From positions 62,001 through 126,000 of the forward strand of contig NIVC01002124.1 of the NCBI GenBank assembly GCA_002269645.1: 64,000 nucleotides of DNA, given 5' to 3'. This document shows positions 49,692 through 62,100 of this stretch, in pieces; the first letter of the stretch is position 1; each line of letters begins with the position of its first letter. The DNA comes from Macrostomum lignano (Eukaryota). The notes under the pieces were generated by a model. The model saw only the letters and a list, made by a program, of their open reading frames with translations, made no database searches and was not told the origin of the DNA. The translations under genes and the position numbers were made by a program.

Positions 49692-51883
49692 TCAAGCCGC
49701 AACAGATGGCGGCGTGACAGCCTCCAATCGGTGCAGGGCCGCAGTAACGCTGTGCGGCAAATGCTGCGCTAGCGAGGCCCGGGTCAGCTGCAGCTGGCAA
49801 AAGTACTCCGGACTGGACCAGACTGCGGCCAGAGCCGGACAGTTGGCCGACGAGGCTGCCTGGCTGTCACGCAGCTGGGCGTAGCGTCTGGCCGCAGGGC
49901 TGCGGGTTTCCACCAGGTGCAGCATCCAGCCGGGGAACACGGCAACCGGCTGGCTGCTGTAGAAGCAGCTGTGCAGACTGGCCTGAGCCAGCAAGTCCGA
50001 TGCCCGGCGCTGCGTCGCCGGGTCGGCATCGGCGGCCGCTGCGTTGCCATCGTCGCTAAGGAGACTGTTGTCATTGGCAACGCGGAATGCCCGTTTAGCC
50101 TGGCAGAGTAGGCTGTCTCCTGGCCGGGCCGATGCTGGGCTGTCCACCTCGGTGGCTGATGGCGGCGGAGCTGCCAGCGCCGCGGCAGCGGGGCCAGGCC
50201 CGTCAACCGGGGATGCTTCGTCGTCGTCATCGCTGTAGCCGCGGCTCGGTATGCTGGCGTAGCCGGCGATTCTGGCGCCGACTCCGACGCTGCTGGCGCC
50301 GACTCCGACGCTGCTGGCGCCGCTGGCGTCGCTACCGACGCTGCCAAGTGTCGCCAGTGAGGAGAGAAATTCGCGAAACTGCAAGCAATGCAAATCGTAA
50401 ACTTAGATGAATTATACAAGCTGTTTAAAGAAAGAAAAAGTTGTCTGGGACAGATGTGTCTGGAGAGATTATTTCGGACAGGTTTCTAGGACGGGTCATT
50501 TGGGACAGCTTTCTAGTACGGGTCATTTTGGACAGGTACATGTACCTAGGATGTATCTAGGTTGTTCTTTTCGGAAAGGTGATGAGGACAGGTTATTTGG
50601 GAGAGGTGTCTAGGAAGCTTATTTCGGACAGGTGTCGTAGACAGGTTGTTTCGGACAGGTGTCTTGGACAGGTGTCTAGGACATGTTATTTCGGACTGGG
50701 GTGTCTAAGGTTATTTCGGACAGGTGATAAGGACAGGTTGTTTCGGACAGGTTTCTAGGACGGGTCATTTCGGACAGGTTTCTAGGACGGGTCATTTTGG
50801 ACAGAGCTGTCTAGAACAGGTTATTTCGGACAGGTGATAAGGACAGGTTGTTTCGGACAGAGGTGTCTAGGACAGGTTGTTTCGGACAGGTATCTAGGAC
50901 AGGTTATTTTGGACAGAGGTGTTTAGGATAGGTTATTTCGGACAGAGGCGTCTAGGATAGGTTATTTCGGACAGAGGCGTCTAGGACAGATTGTTTCGGA
51001 CAGGTGATGAGGACAGGTTGTTTCGGAGATGTCTAGGACAGGTTATTTCGGACAGAGGGTGTAGGACAGGTTATTTAGGAAGTGTCTAGTACAGGTCAAT
51101 TAGGACAGGCTACTTAAAACAGTACTACACCTTAGGCTTGTCGCAGTTGTATAGCGCGCACAAAAGTCTATCCTGAAAGTCGTTAATGTTAGTGATGTTC
51201 ATGTGGCTGAATAGATCTTCGCCTAGACTGCAGCAGCACACGAATTGTTTGCAGTGCTCAGCGAACTCGGGCCTGTAATTACAGTGATGAAAATATGAAT
51301 TATTAATATTGTACTATACCGGTATTTGAATCATACTGTACTCAGCGAAGGGAGGTACATATATTCCTCGGTAAACAAAGATTGACGACAATATATAATG
51401 AGGAGATTAAATATTGGCCTGGGAAGTGAGGGGCGATTTGAGAACTCAGGAGACGGGAAATGAAGCTAATTGAAAAGTGAGGGGGCGATTTGAGAACTCG
51501 GGAGACGGGAAATGAAGCTTATCGGGAAGTGAGGGGGGGCGATCTGAGAACTCAGAAGACGGGAAATGAGGCTAATTACAATGAAAACAGTACGCTATCA
51601 CTCACGTGACAACCTGCAGCGGAGGGGAATAGCAGTAGCACACCAGACGAGGATATTTCCTACGCAGCAGGTAGCCTAGTAGAGCGGCTACACCGGCGCC
51701 AAGGCTGTGGCCGACAACTACCAGGCGATAGTCGGGATTCTCCTCCATGGCAGCCTGCAGCACGGACTCGGACACCTTGGCGTTGATAGCGCGGGCGCAT
51801 TGCACTATGCCAGCGTGGGCTTGATAGGCCGGGGCGGCCTGGTCCACCTGCACCATGGCCACCTGCAGGTCCGTGAGGGCGTC
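49692..51883 (-). CDS. DAGL: Diacylglycerol lipase (lipase class 3), 3' exons only
   Basis: Exons 51883-51606, 51272-51131, 50378-49692, phases consistent. DALTDL, AHAG, catalytic Ser in GHSLGAG, Asp in GED, KPK, VFPGWMLHLV, His in QHLP. No transmembrane N-terminal exons were recognised in the window. Confidence 0.85.
50440..51115. repeat. ~27-29-bp degenerate minisatellite (TATTTCGGACAGGTGTCTAGGACAGGT), DAGL intron
   Basis: Read directly. Confidence 0.8.
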
Positions 51884-52130
51884 CTGACCGGGTGGCGGAG
51901 CAGTGGGTTAGGGGGTCGTAAGAATTCTGAATTCATGTAGGAGAAGCAATATAAATTAAAAGAGTGCGCTGATAGAACATCTTCTGAAACAGATTAGCCT
52001 GACACTTAATCTCGCTAATCCATGTTAAGTATTGATAAAATTTGAGCTTTCAAATAGTGCTAGTATTTCCATAGTTTAGATACTAAACAGAAGTTATGAT
52101 AATTAAATTTATCATCTATATTTTGACTGT

Positions 52131-53040
52131 CTAAAATGTGACAACCGCGATGCTTCCAGGATCACTTCTGACCTTAAGGTTGTAGATTTCACGGTCGATG
52201 GTTGATAATATCCTGTGACCGTGCTTTGTGACTGTTAAATTTGACCAACAAAGTAGCTCGTATTCGTGCACTTTAGAATATGAAGTTTCAAGCTTGACTT
52301 TGATCAAGTCAAGCTCATATATTTGCTTATTAACGCCGAAAAGGAAAGACTCTTTAATTTTTGATCCGTGCAAAGCTAGTTGACTTTTCACCTGAGATAG
52401 TATTTTGTGATGTTCAGCGAGAGTTGGCGTGCCGACAATGTCATCCTGGTACAAGGCAACACTTGGAATATCTCGCAGCAGTTTGTTCATCACTTCCTGG
52501 AAAATCAGAGGGGCAGCGGAAATGCCATGCTGCATGTTAGTTGCTGGCTCTCTTCTGAAAACGCGATCTGTAAGTAGGCGTCTTCGAGATCAATCACGGG
52601 GTAGAAGTTCGAATCCGAGATATTCTGCAGTGTTTCCTTCAACTTAGGCAGCTTGTAGCGGTCAGCATCGAAGATCTTATTTAGCATTACGGAGTAATCA
52701 TCACAGATTCGATCAGGTCGAGCATTCGACCTTCCGACATTCTGGCTTGAGCACCGGAACGATCGGACAGGAGACGAAGGTTTTGACACCGGGTAAATGA
52801 TTCCGGCTGCGATGAGTTCTTCAGCTCCGTTTCAACTATGGAATTCATGGAAAAAAGTAGTGACCTGGCTGGATAGCACTTGCTTTTCAAAGAAACATCT
52901 GGTTTGAGACGGAAGATGGCAATGAACCTTTTAGTGAAAGTTAACTATAGCGACGGTATAAGCTGAAGAGGTCTGATGTAGTTCATTCCAAGTATGCTTA
53001 GAGTGTTAGGCTTGCCAACGAATATTTCACCAATCGCACT
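52131..53040 (-). pseudogene. Decayed Ty3/Gypsy pol (reverse transcriptase) fragment
   Basis: Frameshifted pieces RICDDYSVMLNKIFDADRYKLP, VIDLEDAYLQI, HGISAAPLIFQEVMNKLL, ALYQDDI. Confidence 0.8.
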
Positions 53041-54359
53041 TCTGCTGTCATCGTCTTTCACCTCTCTACGTCTTTTATTACACTGAGCACAGAGGCCCGT
53101 ATATCTTCATGCACCGGGACTTTTCTGGCGGATGATTGAATCTCCAAATCGGTTTTTAGAGCCAGATACCCAGGCAAGGCACTGACATGTCCGTAGCCGC
53201 CTTCCAGCCACACCGAAATTTTAAATGAGTGCCCCAGGTGTAATTTTTATAAAAATGAATCACATATGCTCTTAATTGATTACCCCAAAACATGTTTCGC
53301 ATGGTCGATGTTGTTTCTATGAAAATCTGGCAGTGAAAGTTGGCTTTAGGGCGGCTGAAGGGCGGCTGGAAGGGGGCTAGAGAATTGCTCTGTATTGGCG
53401 CAGTATAATTGTGCCCCAAATGGAAAAAAATTAGATGCAAGTCTTATCTTTAATATGCATAATAAACTTTGGTTCATTGGCTTTTATTTCTTAGAGTAGT
53501 GTGACCTTTAGTTTGAAATTCAGCATTCCAATAGGTAAAAGCGTGCCCCAACCATTTTCTTGACTAGCGGCTAATGCCCCAATGCGGTAAAAAGAAGCAG
53601 GGTCAAAATTTTACTGTATAAGTAAATTTCTGTACATGCCCCACAATTTCCAACTGAGTGGCGAAGTGAAATAACTTGATTGTCACTCAGACACCAGTCA
53701 TTACGACTTACAGTCGAGATTACGACTTTGCAATCGTAAAAAATTAAATTCTAACTTGTTGCAAAGCTTGTCTACTAAATAGACTAATGGACCAATTCAT
53801 AAATTACTATCAATGTGACAATGTCCATGTTGATGGATATGTAATTGTATGTGTCCTTTAGAAATATTAAAAACTGGCATGACAATTGTCACTTTAAGAT
53901 TGTAATCAAATCACTCAATATATTCTATAATCTATATATATGCCTATGTATATTAACACTCAGTAACACTAATATTTCAAACAATAATAGCTAGCTATGG
54001 CTATACATACAGAATTCTACATATGCACCTTCTTATGAATTATGTCATGTATGACTCAAATTTATTCAGAATATGATGCATGCAACTAGAGGAGCTTTAT
54101 ATTAAATCCAACTTTATTGTCACTTTTCTATACAATTAACAAAGTAATAATAATACTAGGCCTAATAGCTAGACTAGCTATTGATATTTAAAAATACAAA
54201 ATTCTAGTAGCTAGGGCCTATTTACAATCTATTTTCTATTTTCTATTTCTGTTTCTATTATATTTACATGTTAGGCCTTACAAGCTAAATATTACCATTA
54301 GCTTCAATATAGTTAGAATGCTTCTTTTTTACTCATTCTTAGCTAACTTGAAAAAAATA

Positions 54360-56466
54360 AGTTCAATAGGCAAAACTTTTAGTCTTTTTTTAATTAACAT
54401 ACATATAGCTATGGCTCATTTTTAATATAATTGTTTGAGTTACAAGTCTAGAATGTAATATATTCTTTAAATCAATAACAAAAATAATTATATTAATCTC
54501 CAAATTATATATTTGATAGATAACTCATATTCACAAAAAACAAAATCTGTTTCTGTGTATAATATACACTCAACATCAAGTGCTTCCATGTTAGTTCCAC
54601 TTGTGCCTTTTTAAGTTTTATATCTAAGTAATAATCTCATATAAACATGATAATTCATGTTTTTCATGTTTCTTGTCAATATCTGCTACTTCCACTCATG
54701 TCCTTTCATATCTGAGTAATGTATATCATATAAACATGATAATTCATGTTTTTCATGTTTCATGTCAATATCTGCTACTTCCACTCATGTCCTTTCATAT
54801 CTGAGTAATGTATATCATATAAACATGATAATTCATGTTTTTCATGTTTCTTGTCAATATCTGCTACTTCCACTCATGTCCTTTCATATCTGAGTAATGT
54901 ATATCATATAAACATGATAATTCATGTTTTTCATGTTTCTTGTCAATATCTGCTACTTCCACTCATGTCCTTTCATATCTGAGTAATGTATATCATATAA
55001 ACATGATAATTCATGTTTTTCATGTTTCTTGTCAATATCTGCTACTTCCACTCATGTCCTTTCATATCTGAGTAATGTATATCATATAAACATGATAATT
55101 CATGTTTTTCATGTTTCTTGTCAATATCTGCTACTTCCACTCATGTCCTTTCATATCTGAGTAATGTATATCATATAAACATGATAATTCATGTTTTTCA
55201 TGTTTCTTGTCAATATCTGCTACTTCCACTCATGTCCTTTCATATCTGAGTAATGTATATCATATAAACATGATAATTCATGTTTTTCATGTTTCTTGTC
55301 AATATCTGCTACTTCCACTCATGTCCTTTCATATCTGAGTAATGTATATCATATAAACATGATAATTCATGTTTTTCATGTTTCTTGTCAATATCTGCTA
55401 CTTCCACTCATGTCCTTTCATATCTGAGTAATGTATATCATATAAACATGATAATTCATGTTTTTCATGTTTCTTGTCAATATCTGCTGCTTCCACTCAT
55501 GTCCTTTCATATCTGAGTAATGTATATCATATAAACATGATAATTCATGTTTTTCATGTTTCATGTCAATATTTGCTACTTCCACTCATGTCCTTTCATA
55601 TCTGAGTAATGTATATCATATAAACATGATAATTCATGTTTTTCATGTTTCTTGTCAATATCTGCTACTTCCACTCATGTCCTTTCATATCTGAGTAATG
55701 TATATCATATAAACATGATAATTCATGTTTTTCATGTTTCTTGTCAATATCTGCTACTTCCACTCATGTCCTTTCATATCTGAGTAATGTATATCATATA
55801 AACATGATAATTCATGTTTTTCATGTTTCTTGTCAATATCTGCTACTTCCACTCATGTCCTTTCATATCTGAGTAATGTATATCATATAAACATGATAAT
55901 TCATGTTTTTCATGTTTCTTGTCAATATCTGCTACTTCCACTCATGTCCTTTCATATCTGAGTAATGTATATCATATAAACATGATAATTCATGTTTTTC
56001 ATGTTTCTTGTCAATATCTGCTACTTCCACTCATGTCCTTTCATATCTGAGTAATGTATATCATATAAACATGATAATTCATGTTTTTCATGTTTCTTGT
56101 CAATATCTGCTACTTCCACTCATGTCCTTTCATATCTGAGTAATGTATATCATATAAACATGATAATTCATGTTTTTCATGTTTCTTGTCAATATCTGCT
56201 GCTTCCACTCATGTCCTTTCATATCTGAGTAATGTATATCATATAAACATGATAATTCATGTTTTTCATGTTTCATGTCAATATCTGCTACTTCCACTCA
56301 TGTCCTTTCATATCTGAGTAATGTATATCATATAAACATGATAATTCATGTTTTTCATGTTTCATGTCAATATCTGCTACTTCCACTTATGTCCTTTCAT
56401 ATCTGAGTAATGTAAATCATATAAACATGATAATTCATGTTTTTCATGTTTCTTGTTAATATCTGC
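54360..56466 (+). repeat. Left inverted arm (verifiable part): AT-rich unique sequence plus ~21 x 89-bp tandem array (54630-56466)
   Basis: Window end AGTTTTGCCTATTGAACT pairs with 54360 onward; unit period 54721->54810 = 89 bp. Confidence 0.95.
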
Positions 56467-56718
56467 TACTTCCAGTCATGTCCTTTCTTATATGAGTAGT
56501 AATTCATGGTTTTCCTGTTTTTCTTATCTTCAATGCTAGGATTCACTTAACCAAGTCCAGTATTTGCTTAGTAGAGTTTGTTTAAGTAAGAAAAAGTGAA
56601 GTAAATGTGACTGTACACTTGTCTTATGTCACTATGTTTCTGTCAACGCTTTGAAGTTATTTTCGATGTTATGGAAGCATGTTTTTGCATGTAATAAAAG
56701 TTATATAATTCATTTCAG

Positions 56719-57936
56719 GCTTTCATTAACGATCCTTTTTCGGTCTTTGAGCCAAAAGGAGAACTGCCCTTACCCTTTCCGGACAAGGAAGTGGTCGTGG
56801 GCATCAGACTAACAGCGACTTGTGTTCGTGTAGCTGCTCAGATCCTAAACATTCCACTGTCCGGTTCTCTGCTTCGAAGGGCTCCTGGAACGAATGTCAA
56901 TTATATTTCGGAAAATGGTTTAGCTCTGGCCTACCGTGATGGTGTAGCAATTTTTCGACATAGAAAAAAATCATCGAATTGTCACCAAGACCATTCCAAG
57001 CGAGCGAAAGCGGCTGCTGCCGGAAAAGAGTGGTTGAAACATAATGGTTGGAAGTTGGAAGAAGAGAGTTCGCAGCTTTCAGCTGTGATTGCAAAGCAGC
57101 ATGTAACAAAGGCACTTGATCATCTGGAGTTGGCTGTATCCGTAGCTCCTGATGAAATACGTAGTATAATTCAAATATCTTTTGCGTGTGTGCATCAGGT
57201 AAAAAACGTGATTGATTCTACTCAATTGTCTACTGCGAGGGGAGCAGAATTTGAGCAGGGAGAGTCAGAAGTGGAAAAGCAGCGAGAACTGGAGAAGCAG
57301 CAAGAGCTGGAGAAGCAGCGAGAACTGGAGAAGCAGCGAGAACTAGAGAAGCAGCAAGAGCAGGAGAAGCAGCAAGAGCTGGAGAAGCAGCAAGAGCTGG
57401 AGAAGCAGCGAGAACTAGAGAAGCAGCAAGAGCAGGAGAAGCAGCAAGAGCTGGAGAAGCAGCGAGAACTGGAGAAGCAGCGAGAACTGGAGAAGCAGCG
57501 AGAGCTGGAGAAGAAGCGAGAACTAGAGAAGCAGCAAGAGCAGGAGAAGCAGCAAGAGCTGGAGAAGCAGCGAGAACTGGAGAAGCAGCGAGAACTGGAG
57601 AAGCAGCGAGAGCTGGAGAAGAAGCGAGAACTAGAGAAGCAGCAAGAGCAGGAGAAGCAGCAAGAGCTGGAGAAGCAGCAAGAGCTGGAGAAGCAGCGAG
57701 AACTAGAGAAGCAGCAAGAGCAGGAGAAGCAGCAAGAGCTGGAGAAGCAGCGAGAACTGGAGAAACAGCGAGAACTGGAGAAGCAGCGAGAGCTGGAGAG
57801 GCAGCGAGAGCAATTATCTTTATCGAGAAAGCGATCGGCAAAATTTGTGAACACTGACAAGAAAGACGGAAATACGACAGCCAAAATAAGTCGCACAAGT
57901 AGGCCTTTGCGCCCAAGACATAAGTTTATCAACTAA
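56719..57936 (+). CDS. Transposon second gene, unknown function, with ~30 x 6-aa EKQ(R/Q)E(L/Q) coiled-coil repeat; first exon/start not identified
   Basis: Frame open from the acceptor CATTTCAG|GCT at 56719 to TAA at 57936; 18-bp in-frame repeat ~57272-57810; basic C-terminal tail. Confidence 0.6.
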   Translation, partial: AFINDPFSVFEPKGELPLPFPDKEVVVGIRLTATCVRVAAQILNIPLSGSLLRRAPGTNVNYISENGLALAYRDGVAIFRHRKKSSNCHQDHSKRAKAAAAGKEWLKHNGWKLEEESSQLSAVIAKQHVTKALDHLELAVSVAPDEIRSIIQISFACVHQVKNVIDSTQLSTARGAEFEQGESEVEKQRELEKQQELEKQRELEKQRELEKQQEQEKQQELEKQQELEKQRELEKQQEQEKQQELEKQRELEKQRELEKQRELEKKRELEKQQEQEKQQELEKQRELEKQRELEKQRELEKKRELEKQQEQEKQQELEKQQELEKQRELEKQQEQEKQQELEKQRELEKQRELEKQRELERQREQLSLSRKRSAKFVNTDKKDGNTTAKISRTSRPLRPRHKFIN

Positions 57937-59197
57937 ACTTATGTTGCGAATTGCAGGGACGAGAATAATTTGATGATTTTTGCTCACCATATGAATGCGC
58001 TTTTGTGCAATCGAAACTTGTGAATTTAACTCAATAGCTTAAATTGACACCTGTCAATTAAGGGGTGTACTCCTTATGCTTCATGTTTATAAGTACGAGT
58101 TGCCATACGATCATCTTACGCAGGAGATAGCGGACCCCTGATACCAATAGTACTACACTTTTTTTATTTAGCTTTCGCTTTGATGTGCTTTTGCATTGTC
58201 ATTACACATAACTTCACTCATATACGAGCCTACGTTTGACAACTTGATCGTAAGGTGAAACGTTTAACCGTGTGAGCTCTCCATTAATATATTCTATTCA
58301 GCTTCTATTTTACTTATTATCCTGCAAAAAAGTGCTCACTCTTCAGTTCAAAAACTACTTCCCTTCAGCATTTGAAAAGTTAGTAGCATGATCAATTCGT
58401 AAACTTTTCTTTTCAGTTTTCGCCATATCAGTCAGTTATCAATTATACTAATACAGTACTCGTATACTATGTTTATGACGACTGACAAAACGAATAAACG
58501 AGTCGGACCGTCAAAATCTGATTGAAAAATATTCAGAACCGGAACTTGAAATTCGTAAACAGTTCTTTATATATTTACTTTGTGGATAAACAAATTTAGG
58601 CTACGAAAAAAGATGGCTTATGCATTTGAGGCCCGATGGTAAGTTCAATAATAATCAACACCTTGGGCATACAAGGTAAAACAATACATACAAGGCGCAC
58701 GAGCGTACTACGTTGCTATTTAATAAAAAAGATTGTCAAATTAGGCGCTATCAAGCACAATAAAGCCTTCCTACTAGGCCTATCCTAAGAAGTCATGCCA
58801 ACGGATTCATAGTCAGTTAAAATGTTAATCGATTAATGTGCAGAATGTTTCGTGTGCACCCTGACTAATCAATCCTGTTTATAAGAGATTTTAAAAATCT
58901 TGTAGGAACCGATGATCTAGTGGCAACGACAAACTACTTAACAAAACAATAACTGGATTAGTAGGATTAGTAGCAGCAAAAATTATGATACACATGTGGG
59001 TCATTTATATAGAAAAGAAAGTAAAAGCAGTGATGTGACAAAAAGAATGAAAAAAGGCGCTGAGACAAAGACATTTTGCCATTCAAGCAGGGTGCGGCGG
59101 GAAGACGCCTTCATGTGGGTGCGTGGTATGACATCAGACATGAGTAGGCACTGGTAAAGCGAAAACCCGTAGCTTATCCAAGCACTAGCGAACATAG

Positions 59198-62100
59198 TTA
59201 AAACAAAGCGTACATCGCCAGGTTTAGGCGACCTACATTTCGTTGCCGTCGCAGCGCACCACTGGTAGTCCCGAGGTCGTCATAGTTTAGGACGCTACCG
59301 TCGTCAGAATGTATAGTTGCTACCCAGTGCGCACGCTCTGCTTGAAAGTATGTCGAGCAGAACAGTCTGTATCTGAAAAATATTTAGTTGTACATAACAT
59401 AATGATACATTTAATTTAATAAACAAGTTACTTATTGAACAAAAATGAGTGTCTATTTCTAGTAAAGTCAATATCTAGAACTGCAAATGTGTTCTCCGTC
59501 TGAGAGCATAAAAATTGTACTCGTAGCTTGTTGATCGATAAGTAAAATAATATTGATCGACAGTGTATATAACAACTACTAGTACTTGACACTTCCTTTT
59601 TCGGGTCCAGCACAGCAGCCCTGCATTAGCTAGCTAACACAAGTAATCAGACGATAGTAGAGTACATATATAGAGTGCAAGAACTCACCGAGCAGGGCTG
59701 TTCCGAAAGGGAGTTACCTCTCGTTCTCCCAATGAGACTCGAACAGTTCTATCGACAGAGTCGGGTACAGCAACAACAAGCAGCGGAGGCAATTCTGAGG
59801 AGTACGTCGGTGGCAATACATCTCGCAAACTGTTGCAGTGGCAGCATTCGCGAACGCCAGACTCACGGAAAACAGTGCAGATAAAGCTGTAGGGTGACTC
59901 GATTGGCCCTTCCTCGTGTTGGATTACAAGCCCAGAAAAAAATGATTCCAGTTGTCGATGGCGGCAGGCATCGTTGCGGCAGATGCTTCTTATCAGGAAT
60001 AAATGGCTATTTCCAAGTAACTCCAGAACTATGTCCAGTTCGCTGCTTTCGAGATTTCCGTCAACGATGCTGCTACCGTTTCGCCGCCAACGCAGAAAGC
60101 CTTTGCGCCAGAATGACTCTGTTTGTACTATCAGTGTAGCACGGGCATGCATGGCTTCTTGATCGGTGCGGCTAGCGGTAGCTTCTCTGCAGTACCGGCC
60201 TAGCCGATGAAGCTCTTGAAGTCGAGACGCCAAAATGGCTTCACGGAATGTCTCGCGATCTCTATATGCAAATGCAATACCAGTGAGGAACCCATCAACA
60301 GTACAAGTGTTGTGCAGCATTACTGTTACGAGTTTCCCATTAAAAGGTACACTGGTCGAGCGGCCACCATTTTTTAGAAGAGTAAATTGTTCCTGGGCAT
60401 GATTTGTTAGGTCTCGAAGGAGAACACGCGTCGTAGCTGCAGTGTAGCGTCCTGAAGTGACCCTTCGTTTTTTATTAACTACCTCGGAGCTCAGCGAAGT
60501 TTCTTCGGTCGCTTCGTGGTCATTTAGCATTGATGTGAAAGGGTTCCTGAAAGAACGGGAGCCCTGTAAGTTAGAAATACGAGCATCGCCATCAATTTCA
60601 GGCTGATCGGGGTGACTGGAACTGGAGTTCTCTAACTGCTCGTCGGCGTGACTGGAAGTCTCTGGCTGCTCAGAGTGACTGGAACTGGAGTTCTCTAACT
60701 GCTCGTCGGCGTGACTGGAAGTCTCTGGCTGCTCAGAGTGACTGGAACTGGAGTTCTCTGACTGCTCGTCGGCGGTGTGACCGGAAGTCTCTGGCTGCTC
60801 AGAGTGACTGGAACTGGAGTTCTCTAACTGCTCGTCGGCGTGACTGGAAGTCTCTGGCTGCTCAGAGTGACTGGAACTGGAGTTCTCTGACTGCTCGTCG
60901 GCGGTGTGACTGGAAGTCTCTGGAAGTTCCATAAAGATCCGATGCAACCCCTGCAGGAGCCGACTTTGGTTAGCCAAGAAGTTCCTCATGGAGCTGTCCC
61001 GACCTCCGTGAAGCAGGTTTTTAACGATATTCATCCAGAGCTCCGTGTGGCCTTCCGTGAATCCCTCAGCGTCACGAGAAACACTTTTGAATGCACCGCT
61101 ATTGGACGCAGCATATCTCACGGGATCCAGCATGATACCGCACCAAAGTGGCAGGTATGGCATCACAACATTGGTAAGTTTACCAGCGAGACTGGGGCAG
61201 AAGTACGGATTCGGATCTGGCGTCAGTTCACTCTCACTTTGAACAACTTGTGCTTCGGCACTAGCTTTCACCTCATTGTGCAATGCATCCGCTAGATGGA
61301 AGAATGGCGAAGCTCTCTTCAATGTCGTATCCGGCATTACGTACATGAAACTTTCGGGTGGAACGAAAACTCCGTCTCCAAGTTGATCTGCAGCGGCTGC
61401 GTGCAGAAGAGCGAGTGACGAGTCGACACTCCTCCGAGATGGGCAAAGCAGAAGCCGTAGAAAGCTTTTGTACACTTGCTGTACCTGGTGCAAGCTGGTG
61501 CATCGTAGCAAGGCACCGAAGAAATGCTTCCAACCATTCCTGGCTTCCGGATTCCTGCAATTCGCCACATCAGGCCAATCACAAAACTCGCGCATGATAT
61601 GGCTCCGGCCGAAGCCGATCAACGTAAATTTCTGCAGTTCTTGATAGCTTAATTTAAACGATAGAACGGCATAGCAGTGCCGCAGAAAAGGAATGATTTC
61701 CATGCCGTGAATGCCCATAAGGAGAGCCCGCAAAGTAGGCAAATTAAAATCAAGGGTGACCTGAGCCACGCGAAGATTTTTTACTGATAATCTTGCTGCC
61801 GTGATCCAGGAGTCAAATACAAACTTTAAAGTTGTTCCCGTCTGCGAAGACGATAAAAGTTCCATAACGGCAACGGGTTGCGCTCCAGTTTGAGGATGAC
61901 GCAGTACCACAGCGTGGTAGTAAACATCCTTCTGCTGACTGTCTTTGGGTTTTGAAATAGGCGCTCCGGTTGAATCCATGCCCAGTACGATTGGCTCACC
62001 GTTCGCTTGCATCGAACGCAACACTTCAAAAGCACTGTTCAACCAGAGAGGCACGAATTGGGGTTCCGATGCGCCAAATTGCACACAGACATTCCTTGCG

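Noticed and set aside
59001-59195. 64-aa - strand ORF after the transposase stop
   Set aside because: Short, no motif, TTG-type or weak start; more likely 3'UTR.
59685-59710. Transposase ending at TGA 59685, or splicing at GAG|GTAACT
   Set aside because: The CG|GTGAGT donor is stronger and is the only one in phase with the downstream His/Asp-box exon.
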